Assembly: GCA_963706575.1 (NCBI GenBank)
Contig: CAVPNL010000004.1
Coordinates: 32,001 to 96,000 of the forward strand
Direction: 5' to 3'
Length of the DNA stretch: 64,000 nucleotides
Source: an uncultured delta proteobacterium
GTDB taxonomy: Bacteria > Desulfobacterota > Desulfobacteria > Desulfobacterales > JAHEIW01
The notes under the pieces: model-generated
What the model saw: only the letters and a program-made list of their open reading frames with translations
What the model was told of the DNA's origin: nothing
The model's database searches: none
Shown here: positions 19,542 to 29,121 of the stretch, piece after piece
Layout: each line of letters begins with the position of its first letter
Numbering within the stretch: position 1 is the stretch's first letter
Position numbers and translations under genes: made by a program

Positions 19542-20099
19542 ATGCGAGAGTTATCTTTACATATTTTAGATGTCGCTGAAAACGGGATTACCGCCGGAGG
19601 GGATTGCATCTGGATCGAGGTTAATGAGGAACGCAAAACGGATCAGTTAAAAATTGTGATTCGCGATAATGGCCGGGGGATGCCTGTCGAAAAACTGGAA
19701 AATATCGACGACCCTTTCATAACAACCCGAACCACACGCAGAGTCGGTCTGGGTCTCTCTCTTTTGGCGGCCGCTGCCGGACGGTGTGAAGGGACAATGC
19801 ATGTAGATAGCAAGCCCGGCAAAGGCACAGAAATAATAGCGACATTCCGTTTCAATCATATCGACCGTGCGCCTCTGGGCGATATGGCCGCGACGATTAC
19901 GACTTTAATCATGGGTAATCCAGGAATCGATTTTGTTTATTCACATCGCATCGATGGTAATGAGTATAGACTGGATACCAGGGAAATCCGGGCAGAGATG
20001 GAAGATCTTTCTCTGTCCGACCCGATAGTAATTCACCATTTGACCGAAACCATCCGTTCTGCACTCGAAAAGCTGTCATCAAATGAGAACGAATCTTGA
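19542..20099 (+). CDS. Stand-alone HATPase_c (histidine-kinase-like ATP-binding) protein
   Basis: MRELSLHILDVAENG, DNGRGM, DPFITTRTTRRVGLGL, GKGT; the type found between hydC and hydD in hyd operons. Confidence 0.9.
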   Translation: MRELSLHILDVAENGITAGGDCIWIEVNEERKTDQLKIVIRDNGRGMPVEKLENIDDPFITTRTTRRVGLGLSLLAAAAGRCEGTMHVDSKPGKGTEIIATFRFNHIDRAPLGDMAATITTLIMGNPGIDFVYSHRIDGNEYRLDTREIRAEMEDLSLSDPIVIHHLTETIRSALEKLSSNENES

Positions 20100-20137
20100 A
20101 CACTGAATAAAGGTCAAATCAATGGAGGAAAAACGAC

Positions 20138-20506
20138 ATGGCAAAGCTGACAATTGATGATCTAAAAAAGATTAAGGAAAAAACCGCCAAAGAAACCTCA
20201 CTGCGCGATGGCCCCGCAAGTATAAAGATCACGGTGCACATGGGCACCTGCGGAATAGCAGCCGGTGCCCGTGATGTCATGAGTGCGCTTATGGAAGAGA
20301 TGGCCGAGGCAGATCGACAGGATATCCGGGTCGTTGCTTCCGGCTGCATGGGGATGTGCAGTAGCGAGCCCAATGTCACCATTGAGGCCCAGGACAGCGA
20401 GCCCATTGTTTATCAGCTGATGGATTCCAACAAAATGCGCCAGGTTTTCAAGCGGCATGTCCTGCTGGGTGAGGTCCAAACCGATTTTGCGCTGGCTAAG
20501 ATGTAA
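20138..20506 (+). CDS. Thioredoxin-like 2Fe-2S ferredoxin (HydD/HndB-like)
   Basis: VHMGTCGIAAGAR, SGCMGMCSSEP; GGAGG RBS. Confidence 0.9.
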   Translation: MAKLTIDDLKKIKEKTAKETSLRDGPASIKITVHMGTCGIAAGARDVMSALMEEMAEADRQDIRVVASGCMGMCSSEPNVTIEAQDSEPIVYQLMDSNKMRQVFKRHVLLGEVQTDFALAKM

Positions 20507-20536
20507 CCTGACACCTGAATCCAAAGAAGGGTTTAT

Positions 20537-21649
20537 ATGAAGGTAGATGGCAAAGACCTGCGAACCATCTGGCTGGCCCCGGATGAGAAAACAGTCAGAA
20601 TCATCGACCAGCGACGTCTGCCCCACGAATTGGTATTGGTCGATTTACACACCGTTGATGATGTGATCACTGCCATCAAAGACATGTATGTGCGGGGCGC
20701 ACCTCTCATCGGTGTCACCGGGGCTTACGGAGTCTATCTGGCCGCCTTGCAGGCACCGCACCACCCGGTTGAGGACACCTATCTGGTTGCAGAATGTGAC
20801 CGCATCAAAGCCGCCCGACCCACGGCAGTAAACCTTTCCTGGGCTGTCGATAACGTCCTGGCCGCCGTATTGAGGGCCAGCCCGCCCGAAAAACGCATCA
20901 CCGCTGCCGGAGACCAGGCTGCATTAATTACTGAGCTGGAAGTCGAAAATTGCAAAAAAATCGGACAGCACGGCCTGCCGCTAATCGAGGCGATCAGCCG
21001 TCGCAAAAACGGCCGGCGGGTCAATATACTGACTCACTGCAATGCCGGCTGGCTGGCCTGCATCGAGCACGGCACGGCCACCGCGCCCATTTATGCGGCT
21101 TATGATCAGGGTGTTGATGTGCATGTCTGGGTGGATGAGACCCGGCCATTGAATCAGGGTAACCGCCTGACCGCATGGGAACTGGGCAAACACGGTGTCG
21201 ACCATACGATCATCACCGATAATGCCGGGGGTTACCTGATGCAGCAGGGAAAAGTGGATATCGTTATCGTCGGAACCGATCGGACGACAGCTACCGGAGA
21301 TGTCGCCAACAAAATCGGCACCTACTTGAAAGCGCTGGCAGCCAGAGACAACAACATCCCTTTTTATGTCGCCCTGCCTTCAAGCACCTTTGATTGGAAC
21401 ATCAAAGAGGGCGTCAAGGAGATTCCCATCGAGGAGCGTGACCCGGATGAAATCCGCTATATCGAAGGCCTGGTCAAAGATAAATCAACGCGTGTGCTGA
21501 TATGCCCTGAAAAAAGCCCTGCGGCCAATTATGCCTTTGATGTCACGCCGGCAAAATTGGTGACCGGTTTTATTACTGAACGAGGGTTATGCAAGGCAAC
21601 GTCGGAGGACATAAAGCGGCTTTTCCCCGAAAGATTCAGTAAACCATAG
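20537..21649 (+). CDS. mtnA: Methylthioribose-1-phosphate isomerase
   Basis: VRGAPLIG, RPTAVNL, LTHCNAGWLA, DETRP..QG.RLTAWEL, GDVANKIGTY. Confidence 0.96.
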   Translation: MKVDGKDLRTIWLAPDEKTVRIIDQRRLPHELVLVDLHTVDDVITAIKDMYVRGAPLIGVTGAYGVYLAALQAPHHPVEDTYLVAECDRIKAARPTAVNLSWAVDNVLAAVLRASPPEKRITAAGDQAALITELEVENCKKIGQHGLPLIEAISRRKNGRRVNILTHCNAGWLACIEHGTATAPIYAAYDQGVDVHVWVDETRPLNQGNRLTAWELGKHGVDHTIITDNAGGYLMQQGKVDIVIVGTDRTTATGDVANKIGTYLKALAARDNNIPFYVALPSSTFDWNIKEGVKEIPIEERDPDEIRYIEGLVKDKSTRVLICPEKSPAANYAFDVTPAKLVTGFITERGLCKATSEDIKRLFPERFSKP

Positions 21650-21676
21650 TATAATGTCAGGTTTCACGTATGAATC

Positions 21677-21767
21677 TGTTTAATTGGTTTGATTGGTTTA
21701 ATTTGTTCAATTGGTTCGCTTTAAGCCAACCAATAAAACCAATGAAACAAATAAAACTAATTTAACA
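21677..21767. repeat. Short-period inverted repeat (TTAATTGGT/ACCAATAAA family)
   Basis: TGTTTAATTGGTTTGATTGGTTTAATTTGTTCAATTGGTT...AACCAATAAAACCAATGAAACAAATAAAACTAATTT. Confidence 0.6.
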
Positions 21768-21848
21768 AGTTTTAGAAGCCCAGAACCTTTGAACCTTGAA
21801 CCCTATTAAATATTGACATATCTACCATCAAATGCCTATAGGCACCCC

Positions 21849-22328
21849 ATGCTGACTGAACTGGAAAAAAAGATCATCGCGTCGGTCCAGGAAGATATGG
21901 CTGTCGCCGAGCGCCCGTATCTGAAAATCGCACAGAACCTTGGAATTACCGAAACGCAATTGCTGGAAAAACTGAAAGACCTTTGCAACCGGGAAGTCAT
22001 TCGCCGATTTGGAGCCACCCTGCGGCATCAGCGCACCGGGTTCACCGCGAATGCAATGGTGGCCTGGAAGGTTGAAGAGGATCGCATTGAAGCTGTCGGA
22101 CAGAAAATGGCTGCTTTTGGCCAGGTATCCCACTGTTACCGCCGCAACCCCAGCCGTGACTGGCCGTATAACCTGTACACCATGGTACATGCCAGTGATG
22201 AACGATCATGCCATGCAACCGCTCGTAAAATGTCCGAAGCCACATCGGTGAAAGAATACGCGCTACTGTTTAGTCGTGAAGAATTGAAAAAAACATCCAT
22301 GGTGTATTTTCCCTCGAATGAAGCGTGA
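21849..22328 (+). CDS. ahbB: Siroheme decarboxylase beta subunit-like (AhbB/NirH-type Lrp/AsnC fold)
   Basis: IRRFGATLRHQRTG..ANAMVAW, VSHCYRR..DWPYNLYTMVH, EELKKTSM. Confidence 0.8.
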   Translation: MLTELEKKIIASVQEDMAVAERPYLKIAQNLGITETQLLEKLKDLCNREVIRRFGATLRHQRTGFTANAMVAWKVEEDRIEAVGQKMAAFGQVSHCYRRNPSRDWPYNLYTMVHASDERSCHATARKMSEATSVKEYALLFSREELKKTSMVYFPSNEA

Positions 22329-23670
22329 TGTTCCGCATATCCTTCTGATCAATCCCTGGATTCATGATTTCGCCGCCTATGATTTCTGGGCCAAACCGTT
22401 GGGGATACTTGCCCTGGCAGCCCTGCTCAGATCCCATGGGTTATCTGTGTCCTACATCGATTGTCTGGATCGCTTTCATCCCAAAGCACCTGGCGGGGAT
22501 CCTTCAGCGCGCTACGGCCGGGGCCCCTATTTAAAAACACGGATTGCCAAACCCCACGCCCTCAGGGATGTTCAGCGCACCTTTTCGCGGTACGGCATCA
22601 AGCCCCGGTGGTTCGAGGAAGATCTTCAGGCGCTGCAGCCGCCTGATCTTATTATGATCACTTCTTTGATGACCTACTGGTATACCGGTGTACAGGAAAC
22701 CATCACAATCCTGCGGGCATTTTTTCCGCACACGGCGATCATTTTAGGCGGGATCTATGCCAGTCTTTGCGATAAACATGCGTCCAAAAGCGCCGGGGCT
22801 GATGACATCTTTCGCGGGCCGGCCGAGGACGCTTTGTTTGGCCTTATCGCCCAATATACGCAATTCACGACCGCACCCCGCTTCAACTCGCAAAAACTAG
22901 ATACCTACCCCTACCCTGCTCTGGATTTGCAAAACCGCGTCAACTACGTCCCTCTGCTGACTTCAAGAGGCTGTCCGTTTAAATGCACCTACTGTGCGTC
23001 GCATTTCCTGAATCCCACCCGAATGTGGCGCAGCCCGGATTCCGTCCTCGAAGAAATAAAATTCTGGCACCAATCCTATCAGGCCCAAGATTTTGTCCTC
23101 TATGACGATGCCTTTTTGGTCGACGCTGAACGGCATGCCATCCCGCTGCTGGAAAAAATTATACAAGCCGATATGCGCCTGCGTTTCCATACACCCAACG
23201 CACTTCATATTCGCGGCATAAACACCCAAACCGCCCGTCTTTTGTTCAGAGCCGGATTTAAAACCATCCGTCTGGGACTGGAAACGGCCGAATTCGATCA
23301 GCGGGAAATCATCGACCGCAAGGTGACGGAAGAAGATTTCCGGCAAACCGCCAAATATTTGAAAGAAGCCGGTTTTGAAAAACACCAGGTTGGTGCCTAC
23401 TTGCTCATGGGGCTGCCGGGCCAGGAATTGGCTACCGTTGAACGTTCAATTCGAGCAGTTCAAGAAACGCAAATAACACCTATTTTAGCCTATTACTCGC
23501 CGATCCCGCACACGGCAATGTGGCCAAGGGCGGTCGCCGCGTCTCGCTATGATCTGGAAGCAGATCCAATTTTTACGAATAATTCAATCATCCCCTGTCA
23601 GTCTGAAGCATTTAACTGGGAGACCGTCTCTGCTCTGAAAGAACTTGCTTCTGCTTCAGCCACAGCGTAA
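22318..23670 (+). CDS. B12-binding-domain radical SAM protein
   Basis: LLINPW...KPLG N-terminus, ILGGIYAS, TSRGCPFKCTYC (CxxxCxxC), YDD, LGLET. Confidence 0.9.
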   Translation: MKRDVPHILLINPWIHDFAAYDFWAKPLGILALAALLRSHGLSVSYIDCLDRFHPKAPGGDPSARYGRGPYLKTRIAKPHALRDVQRTFSRYGIKPRWFEEDLQALQPPDLIMITSLMTYWYTGVQETITILRAFFPHTAIILGGIYASLCDKHASKSAGADDIFRGPAEDALFGLIAQYTQFTTAPRFNSQKLDTYPYPALDLQNRVNYVPLLTSRGCPFKCTYCASHFLNPTRMWRSPDSVLEEIKFWHQSYQAQDFVLYDDAFLVDAERHAIPLLEKIIQADMRLRFHTPNALHIRGINTQTARLLFRAGFKTIRLGLETAEFDQREIIDRKVTEEDFRQTAKYLKEAGFEKHQVGAYLLMGLPGQELATVERSIRAVQETQITPILAYYSPIPHTAMWPRAVAASRYDLEADPIFTNNSIIPCQSEAFNWETVSALKELASASATA

Positions 23671-23748
23671 AGTCTGTATGCAGTCTTATATCTATGTCTG
23701 AATTTTAAGTGAAAATTTGAGCTTATAAAAGGCAAAAAAGGAGCCGCT

Positions 23749-24744
23749 ATGAAGGAACACTCAGCTTATCGTAAATTTGCCGCAATGATGCTGCAGGAAG
23801 ACTCCGAATATATTCCGCAGATTCTCAAGTGCATGATCAATGATGCGCAGGCCGAATTGCTGGTGTCTCTACCGGGGACCGCAGCCCAGCTGGCTGAAAA
23901 ATTGGACCGCGCTGTTGATGCGATCCAGGCAGATCTGAACGATCTGTTCCGCAAAGGTCTGGCATTTAAAAAAGAAAAAAAGGAAGGGATGCTCTGGCGG
24001 ACCCCTGCCCACCTCGCCCAGTTTCATGATGCTTCGATTCTGTGGCCGGAGGCGCCCGCTGAATTTTATGATCTGTGGGCCACTTACATGGAAAAAGATT
24101 GGCCTAAACTGGCGCCCGTACTGACGGAACTGATGCCCAGACCGTATACCCGGGTGATACCGGTGGGCAAGTCCCTGGAAACCGGGAAGGTCCAGGTCCT
24201 GGCGCCGGAAAATGTCAGAAAAATCATCGACGATGCAAGCCGCCTGGCGGTGACCCAGTGCACCTGCCGTCTGAGCATGCGCAAATGCGATACCCCGGTG
24301 GAGGCCTGCCTGCAAATCAACCGTGCCGCCGATTACACCATTGAAAGAGGCTCCGGCCGCGAAATCACCAGAGCAGAAGCCCATAAAATTATTAGCGAGA
24401 CCGAAAAGGCAGGTCTCGTGCATGTCACCATGAACAAGGCCAATGTCGGCCATTTTATCTGCAACTGCTGCGGATGCTGTTGCCAATCGTTCACCCTGCT
24501 GATTGCCGATGGCCTGCACATCTGCGATCCCAGCCGCTACCGCCCCGAGGTTGATATCGACGTTTGCACCGGCTGCGGGACCTGTGAGGAGCGCTGCTGG
24601 TTTGATGCCATCGCTGTCTCTGAAGATGAAGTGGCAGCAGTGGTCGCAGATAAATGCCTGGGATGCGGGCAATGTGCGGTCGGGTGCCCGGAGGAGGCCA
24701 TCCGCATGACCGAGGTACGGGAGCCAGGATTTATTCCAGAGTAA
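23749..24744 (+). CDS. 4Fe-4S-binding protein with CNCCGCCC motif
   Basis: CTCR, ICNCCGCCC and two C-terminal CxxCxxCxxxC ferredoxin motifs; AAGGAG RBS. Confidence 0.85.
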   Translation: MKEHSAYRKFAAMMLQEDSEYIPQILKCMINDAQAELLVSLPGTAAQLAEKLDRAVDAIQADLNDLFRKGLAFKKEKKEGMLWRTPAHLAQFHDASILWPEAPAEFYDLWATYMEKDWPKLAPVLTELMPRPYTRVIPVGKSLETGKVQVLAPENVRKIIDDASRLAVTQCTCRLSMRKCDTPVEACLQINRAADYTIERGSGREITRAEAHKIISETEKAGLVHVTMNKANVGHFICNCCGCCCQSFTLLIADGLHICDPSRYRPEVDIDVCTGCGTCEERCWFDAIAVSEDEVAAVVADKCLGCGQCAVGCPEEAIRMTEVREPGFIPE

Positions 24745-24776
24745 CACATTAAAATGGGGCCTTGGGGAGTTTTACC

Positions 24777-24832
24777 GTCATGCCCGCGCCAGGCGGGCAT
24801 CCAGCCTTCATCCCCGCGCAGGCGGGAATGAC
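24777..24832. repeat. Second paired REP-like palindrome (ATTCCC/GGGAAT family)
   Basis: GTCATGCCCGCGCCAGGCGGGCATCCAG...CCCCGCGCAGGCGGGAATGAC. Confidence 0.7.
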
Positions 24833-24890
24833 ACGCTTGGAATGAAAAAACTTTTCGCCCCCTCAATTAAATGAAATGGAGAGACGAAAA

Positions 24891-26360
24891 ATGATAGGTC
24901 TAAAAGCCGCAGATCTTCAAAGACAAAAAATCGATACGCTTATCGTGCCGGTATGCCAAGACCGGAAAATCCACGAAGACCGTATTATCAACGGGATCAT
25001 CAAGAAGGCATTGCAGCTGAAAGAATTTAAAGCCGAAAAAGATAATGAGTTAACCCTTTATGATTTAAAAGATCTCAACACAAAGCGGGTTATCTTTGTC
25101 GGACTTGGCAAACTTAAAAAAATTGACCATGAAACCTTGCGGGCATTTTGCGGCGCAATTGTCAAAAAATGTATCGCCGCTGATCTTGAGGTTATTTGGG
25201 TTACAGTACCGGCAGCCCAAAAGCTTAAAATGGAGATGCCGGACGTTGTTAAGGCCCTGATGGAAGGCGCCTGCCTGGGAAATCATTTGTTTGACAAATA
25301 TAAAAAGGAGAAGAAAAAGAAACCCTTAAAACAAATTAACTTTCTGGTAAAACCAGAGGCATTGGGCAAACTAAGAAGAATCGCTCCTAAAGTTAACACC
25401 GTCTGCGCAGGCACCATCCTTGCGCGTGAATGGATCAGTACACCGTCAAACGACAAAACGCCGGAGCAGTTTACGCGCTCAATTGTCTCAAAGGCCAAGA
25501 AATACGGTCTTAAAACCCGAGTGCTGCGTGAAAAGGATTTAAAGCAGCACAGGTTTGGTGCTTTGCTGGCGGTGGCTGCCGGCAGTCAGAGCAAGCCCAG
25601 CATGGTGGTATTGGAACATAAGCCTGCCGGCGCTAAAAAAACCCTGGCGCTGGTCGGAAAAGGGGTCACCTTTGATTCCGGCGGCCTCAACATTAAAACC
25701 GGCGAGTCCATGGCCGGCATGAAAGCGGATATGTCCGGTGCCGCTGTTGTCGCCGCCACCATGATCACCCTGGCCAGACTTAAAACAAAATCCCACGTTA
25801 TCGGCGCCATACCGATTGTTGAAAATATGCCATCCGGCAAAGCAACCCGGCCCGGCGACATCGTGCGCAGCTATGGAGGCAAAACCATTGAAATTGGAAA
25901 CACCGATGCCGAAGGCCGTTTGATTTTGATTGACGCCATGTCTTATGTCGTAAAAAAGCATAAACCCCAGGTGATGATTGACCTGGCAACCCTGACCGGC
26001 GCCTGTGTTGTGGCCCTGGGGGAAAAAATCGCCGGGGTTTTTTCACCGGATAATGAGTTGGCCGAAGCCATTATTGCATCCGGCAATAAAAGCCATGAGC
26101 GCTGCTGGCAGATGCCGCTGCCGGAAGATTATAAAGAGCTTCTCAAAAGCGATTTTGCCGACCTCAACAATATGTCCAATTCCCGCTGGGGCGGCGCCAT
26201 CACCGCGGCTTTATTTCTATCGGAGTTTAGCGGCGATACCCGGTGGGCCCACATCGACATTGCCGGCCCGGCCTATCTCAAAAAAGGTAATGCCTACTGC
26301 GGCCCCGGCGGCACCGGTTTTGGTGTCCGGTTGCTGTGTGATCTAATTCAAAAGCTTTAA
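24891..26360 (+). CDS. pepA: Leucyl aminopeptidase (M17)
   Basis: VGKGVTFDSGG, MKADMSG, NTDAEGRL, DLATLTGA, WAHIDIAG. Confidence 0.95.
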   Translation: MIGLKAADLQRQKIDTLIVPVCQDRKIHEDRIINGIIKKALQLKEFKAEKDNELTLYDLKDLNTKRVIFVGLGKLKKIDHETLRAFCGAIVKKCIAADLEVIWVTVPAAQKLKMEMPDVVKALMEGACLGNHLFDKYKKEKKKKPLKQINFLVKPEALGKLRRIAPKVNTVCAGTILAREWISTPSNDKTPEQFTRSIVSKAKKYGLKTRVLREKDLKQHRFGALLAVAAGSQSKPSMVVLEHKPAGAKKTLALVGKGVTFDSGGLNIKTGESMAGMKADMSGAAVVAATMITLARLKTKSHVIGAIPIVENMPSGKATRPGDIVRSYGGKTIEIGNTDAEGRLILIDAMSYVVKKHKPQVMIDLATLTGACVVALGEKIAGVFSPDNELAEAIIASGNKSHERCWQMPLPEDYKELLKSDFADLNNMSNSRWGGAITAALFLSEFSGDTRWAHIDIAGPAYLKKGNAYCGPGGTGFGVRLLCDLIQKL

Positions 26361-26381
26361 TGCCTTTCCAGTCGCAAATAA

Positions 26382-26475
26382 CGCATAGCGCATGGCGCAT
26401 AGAGCATAGCGTTGAATGAATGAAAGGCTTTTTCAAGTTTTTTAACTCTATGCGCTATGCGCTTTGCCCTTTGCC
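26382..26475. repeat. Heptamer (GCATAGC/GCTATGC) inverted repeat element
   Basis: GCATAGCGCATGGCGCATAGAGCATAGCG...CTCTATGCGCTATGCGCTTTGCCCTTTGC; related copies at about 56160-56240 and 62095-62125. Confidence 0.7.
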
Positions 26476-26530
26476 ATTTAAGAAGTCCTAGTGGCAGGGT
26501 GTTAGCGCTTGAAAACGTGAGGATTCTGAC

Positions 26531-27661
26531 TTGATTGAACATGCTGAAGTTATTCACAAAGGCGATGACAGCGGCAACGAAATGCTGGTGCGCTTCCGGC
26601 TGCCGTCCGGGCTTGAAATTTTCGGTTTGCCGACCAAAAACTTTTACGGCGGTCATTGGGATTTGGGACCGACCTGGAATTATGCGGTCCTGTCCGACAA
26701 ACCGTTTCTGGTGGACGCCGGCCGCTTCGGCCAGGGCAAAAATCTGGTCGGAATGATGAAAGAAATCGGCATCACCGCCGCCGATCTTGAGTTTGTTTTG
26801 ATCAGCCACGGCCATGAAGACCATGACGGCGGGCTGGCCGAGCTGATAGACACCACCCATCTGAAGGTAAAAGCGCACGCTATTTACGGCCGGCTGATCA
26901 ACACATATCCCGCCAAATCTCCCGCAGGTAATAAAAAGGATTTTCCAGCCAAATGCTGGCACTGTCCCATGCCGGAGACATTTTACACCCAAAATTGCCT
27001 TGAATATCATAAGGTATTGCAGGAATTAAAGATCGATCCGATTGGCGACGGTGAAACCGAGATCGGATCGGATATCCGCACCCGTCATCTGCCGGGGCAC
27101 AGCCCGGATTGTCTGGCCGTGCGGCTGGGTGAAGAAGCCATCATTGTCGGGGACATCATTCTGCCGGATATCTCCCCGTGGCCGACGCGTGAATCTTTAT
27201 TCGACGAAGTCGCCGCAGTCATCAAGCCCCACTATACGGATGCCGCGGCAATCTTTGGTTTGCGGCGCTATATCCAGTCGCTCAAAGAATTAATCAAAAT
27301 TGCCGCTGACAATCCCGGATTGCTCGTGCTCCCGTCGCATCGGTTTTATTACCGTGGCTGCTGGAACCCGGTTGATCTTAAAAATAGGGCAAAGGAACTG
27401 CTGGAGCATCACATCCAGCGTTGCGGGGCCATTATCGACATTTTAAACAACGGGGCCAAAACGGCAGAGGAAATCGCTGCCGAGCATTTTGAAGAAAGAT
27501 TGCTCGAGGGCTTCGGCAGCATAATGGCAATCAATGAAATTGTCAGTCATTGCGAATTGCTCATCGAAAGCGGTGATGTGACCCTGGTAAACGGCCAGGC
27601 ATATGCCGCCACCGGCAGCATGCAATTTGAAAGATACATCAAGGACTTTGGCGCAGAATAG
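26531..27661 (+). CDS. MBL-fold metallo-hydrolase with C-terminal winged-helix-like tail
   Basis: LVDAG, SHGHEDHDGG (HxHxDH), PGHSPD, VGD, LPSH. Confidence 0.85.
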   Translation: MIEHAEVIHKGDDSGNEMLVRFRLPSGLEIFGLPTKNFYGGHWDLGPTWNYAVLSDKPFLVDAGRFGQGKNLVGMMKEIGITAADLEFVLISHGHEDHDGGLAELIDTTHLKVKAHAIYGRLINTYPAKSPAGNKKDFPAKCWHCPMPETFYTQNCLEYHKVLQELKIDPIGDGETEIGSDIRTRHLPGHSPDCLAVRLGEEAIIVGDIILPDISPWPTRESLFDEVAAVIKPHYTDAAAIFGLRRYIQSLKELIKIAADNPGLLVLPSHRFYYRGCWNPVDLKNRAKELLEHHIQRCGAIIDILNNGAKTAEEIAAEHFEERLLEGFGSIMAINEIVSHCELLIESGDVTLVNGQAYAATGSMQFERYIKDFGAE

Positions 27662-27741
27662 GTGTTGGGATGTAACGCAATTAACGGTCAACCGCCAGCG
27701 TCAAACCACTCTGGTGATTAAAGAGTGACTGGGAAAATAAG

Positions 27742-29083
27742 ATGGCCGATTATCAGCTTTACTGGAATAGCGAAAAGGAGACGCTTTCAGAGAAGGAATA
27801 TCGCTTCATTCAAGAGAAAGCGTTTTTAAACCAACTCGCTTATGTCTGGAAAAATTCAACCTTTTACCGGCAAAAATTCAATGAAACAGGACTGGCGCTC
27901 AAGGATATCAAAGGTCTTGATGATCTTCACAAGCTTCCTTTCACCGAAAAAACAGAGTTGCGCGACAGTCAAATCAATCATCCGCCTTTAGGAAAACATG
28001 CTATTGTTCCCCTGGAAAAGGTATCACGGGTTTATTCGACAAGCGGAACGACCGGCCGCCCCACTTATATTGGCCTGACCCGGCATGATATTAAAATCTG
28101 GCGCGAGAGTGCCAGTCGAGCCTTATGGACGGGTGGGTTTCGGCCCAGGAGCATTGTCCCGCTAATTGTCGCTCCTTACCTGATTGCCGATTCTTACACT
28201 GATGCCATCGAAAATATCGGCGCCACCTGTTTGCCGACAGGTGTGGGGGCCACGGATAGACTCATCGGTGCTTTTCAAAATATCGGAGCCAATGCGTCTG
28301 CTGGCAACGTCATCCTTTCCACTGCACTTTGCACGATCTCTCAAAAAGCGGGGCATCGAACCTAAAAGCCTGGGGCTTAAAATTATACTGGCCGGCGGCG
28401 AGCCGGGAGCCTCGATTCCGGCAATCCGTCATAAAGTCGAGGAGACATTTGGCTGTATCTTTCTGGAGATGATGGGAAACGGTGATATGGCCGGTGAAAT
28501 CTGGTCCGAATGTAGAGTATAAAAGCGGCATGCATTTTATTGCCCAGGGTATCGTTCATCCTGAAATCATTAACCCGGAGCTCTGGAGAACCGCTGGAGA
28601 TCTGTGAGGGAACTCAGGGAGAACTGATCTATACATCCATTGATCGGGAGTGTATGCCGCTCATCCGTTTTCGAACCCGTGACCATGTGATTGTCACACA
28701 GACCGGTTGTGAATGCGGCCGAACCGGTTTCGGGATACGGTGCATCGGCAGGACCGATGACATGCTCATCGTCCAGGGCGTCAATGTGTACCCTTCTGCC
28801 GTAAGGGATGTGGTCAGCAGTCTGGTACCCGATACAACCGGTGCCATAGAGATTCAATTAAAAAAGCAGCCACCCGAAGGATGGCAGCCGCCCATTCACA
28901 TAAAAGTGGAGCACGGGCAGAGGAACCGATGATTTGCTCAAACTCAAACAAAAGATTGAAGCGCTCATTCGCGAAAAACTTATCTTTCGAGCGGATGTCG
29001 AATTGGTCGCACCGAACAGTTTGCCAAAGTTTGAATACAAAGCAAAGCTTGTGAGAAAGCTTTACGAAGAAAAAAGCGGATAG
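27742..29083 (+). CDS. Phenylacetate-CoA ligase family (PaaK-like) protein, four apparent +1 frameshifts
   Basis: LPFTEKTEL, STSGTTGRP, GGEPG, PLIRFRTRD, IGRTDDMLIVQGVNVYPS, LPKFEYKAK to TAG 29081-29083; breaks near 28300, 28514, 28578, 28920. Confidence 0.8.
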
Positions 29084-29121
29084 TATATTAGGAAGTGGGA
29101 AGTTTCCAAGGAGATCATTAA

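Noticed and set aside
19542..20099. Classical two-component sensor kinase
   Set aside because: No sensor or HisKA dimerisation domain and no response regulator nearby; it is a stand-alone HATPase.
23869..24747. Long antisense ORFs (also 26357-27010, 37912-38616, 40333-41028)
   Set aside because: They lie opposite well-supported genes and show no recognisable motifs.
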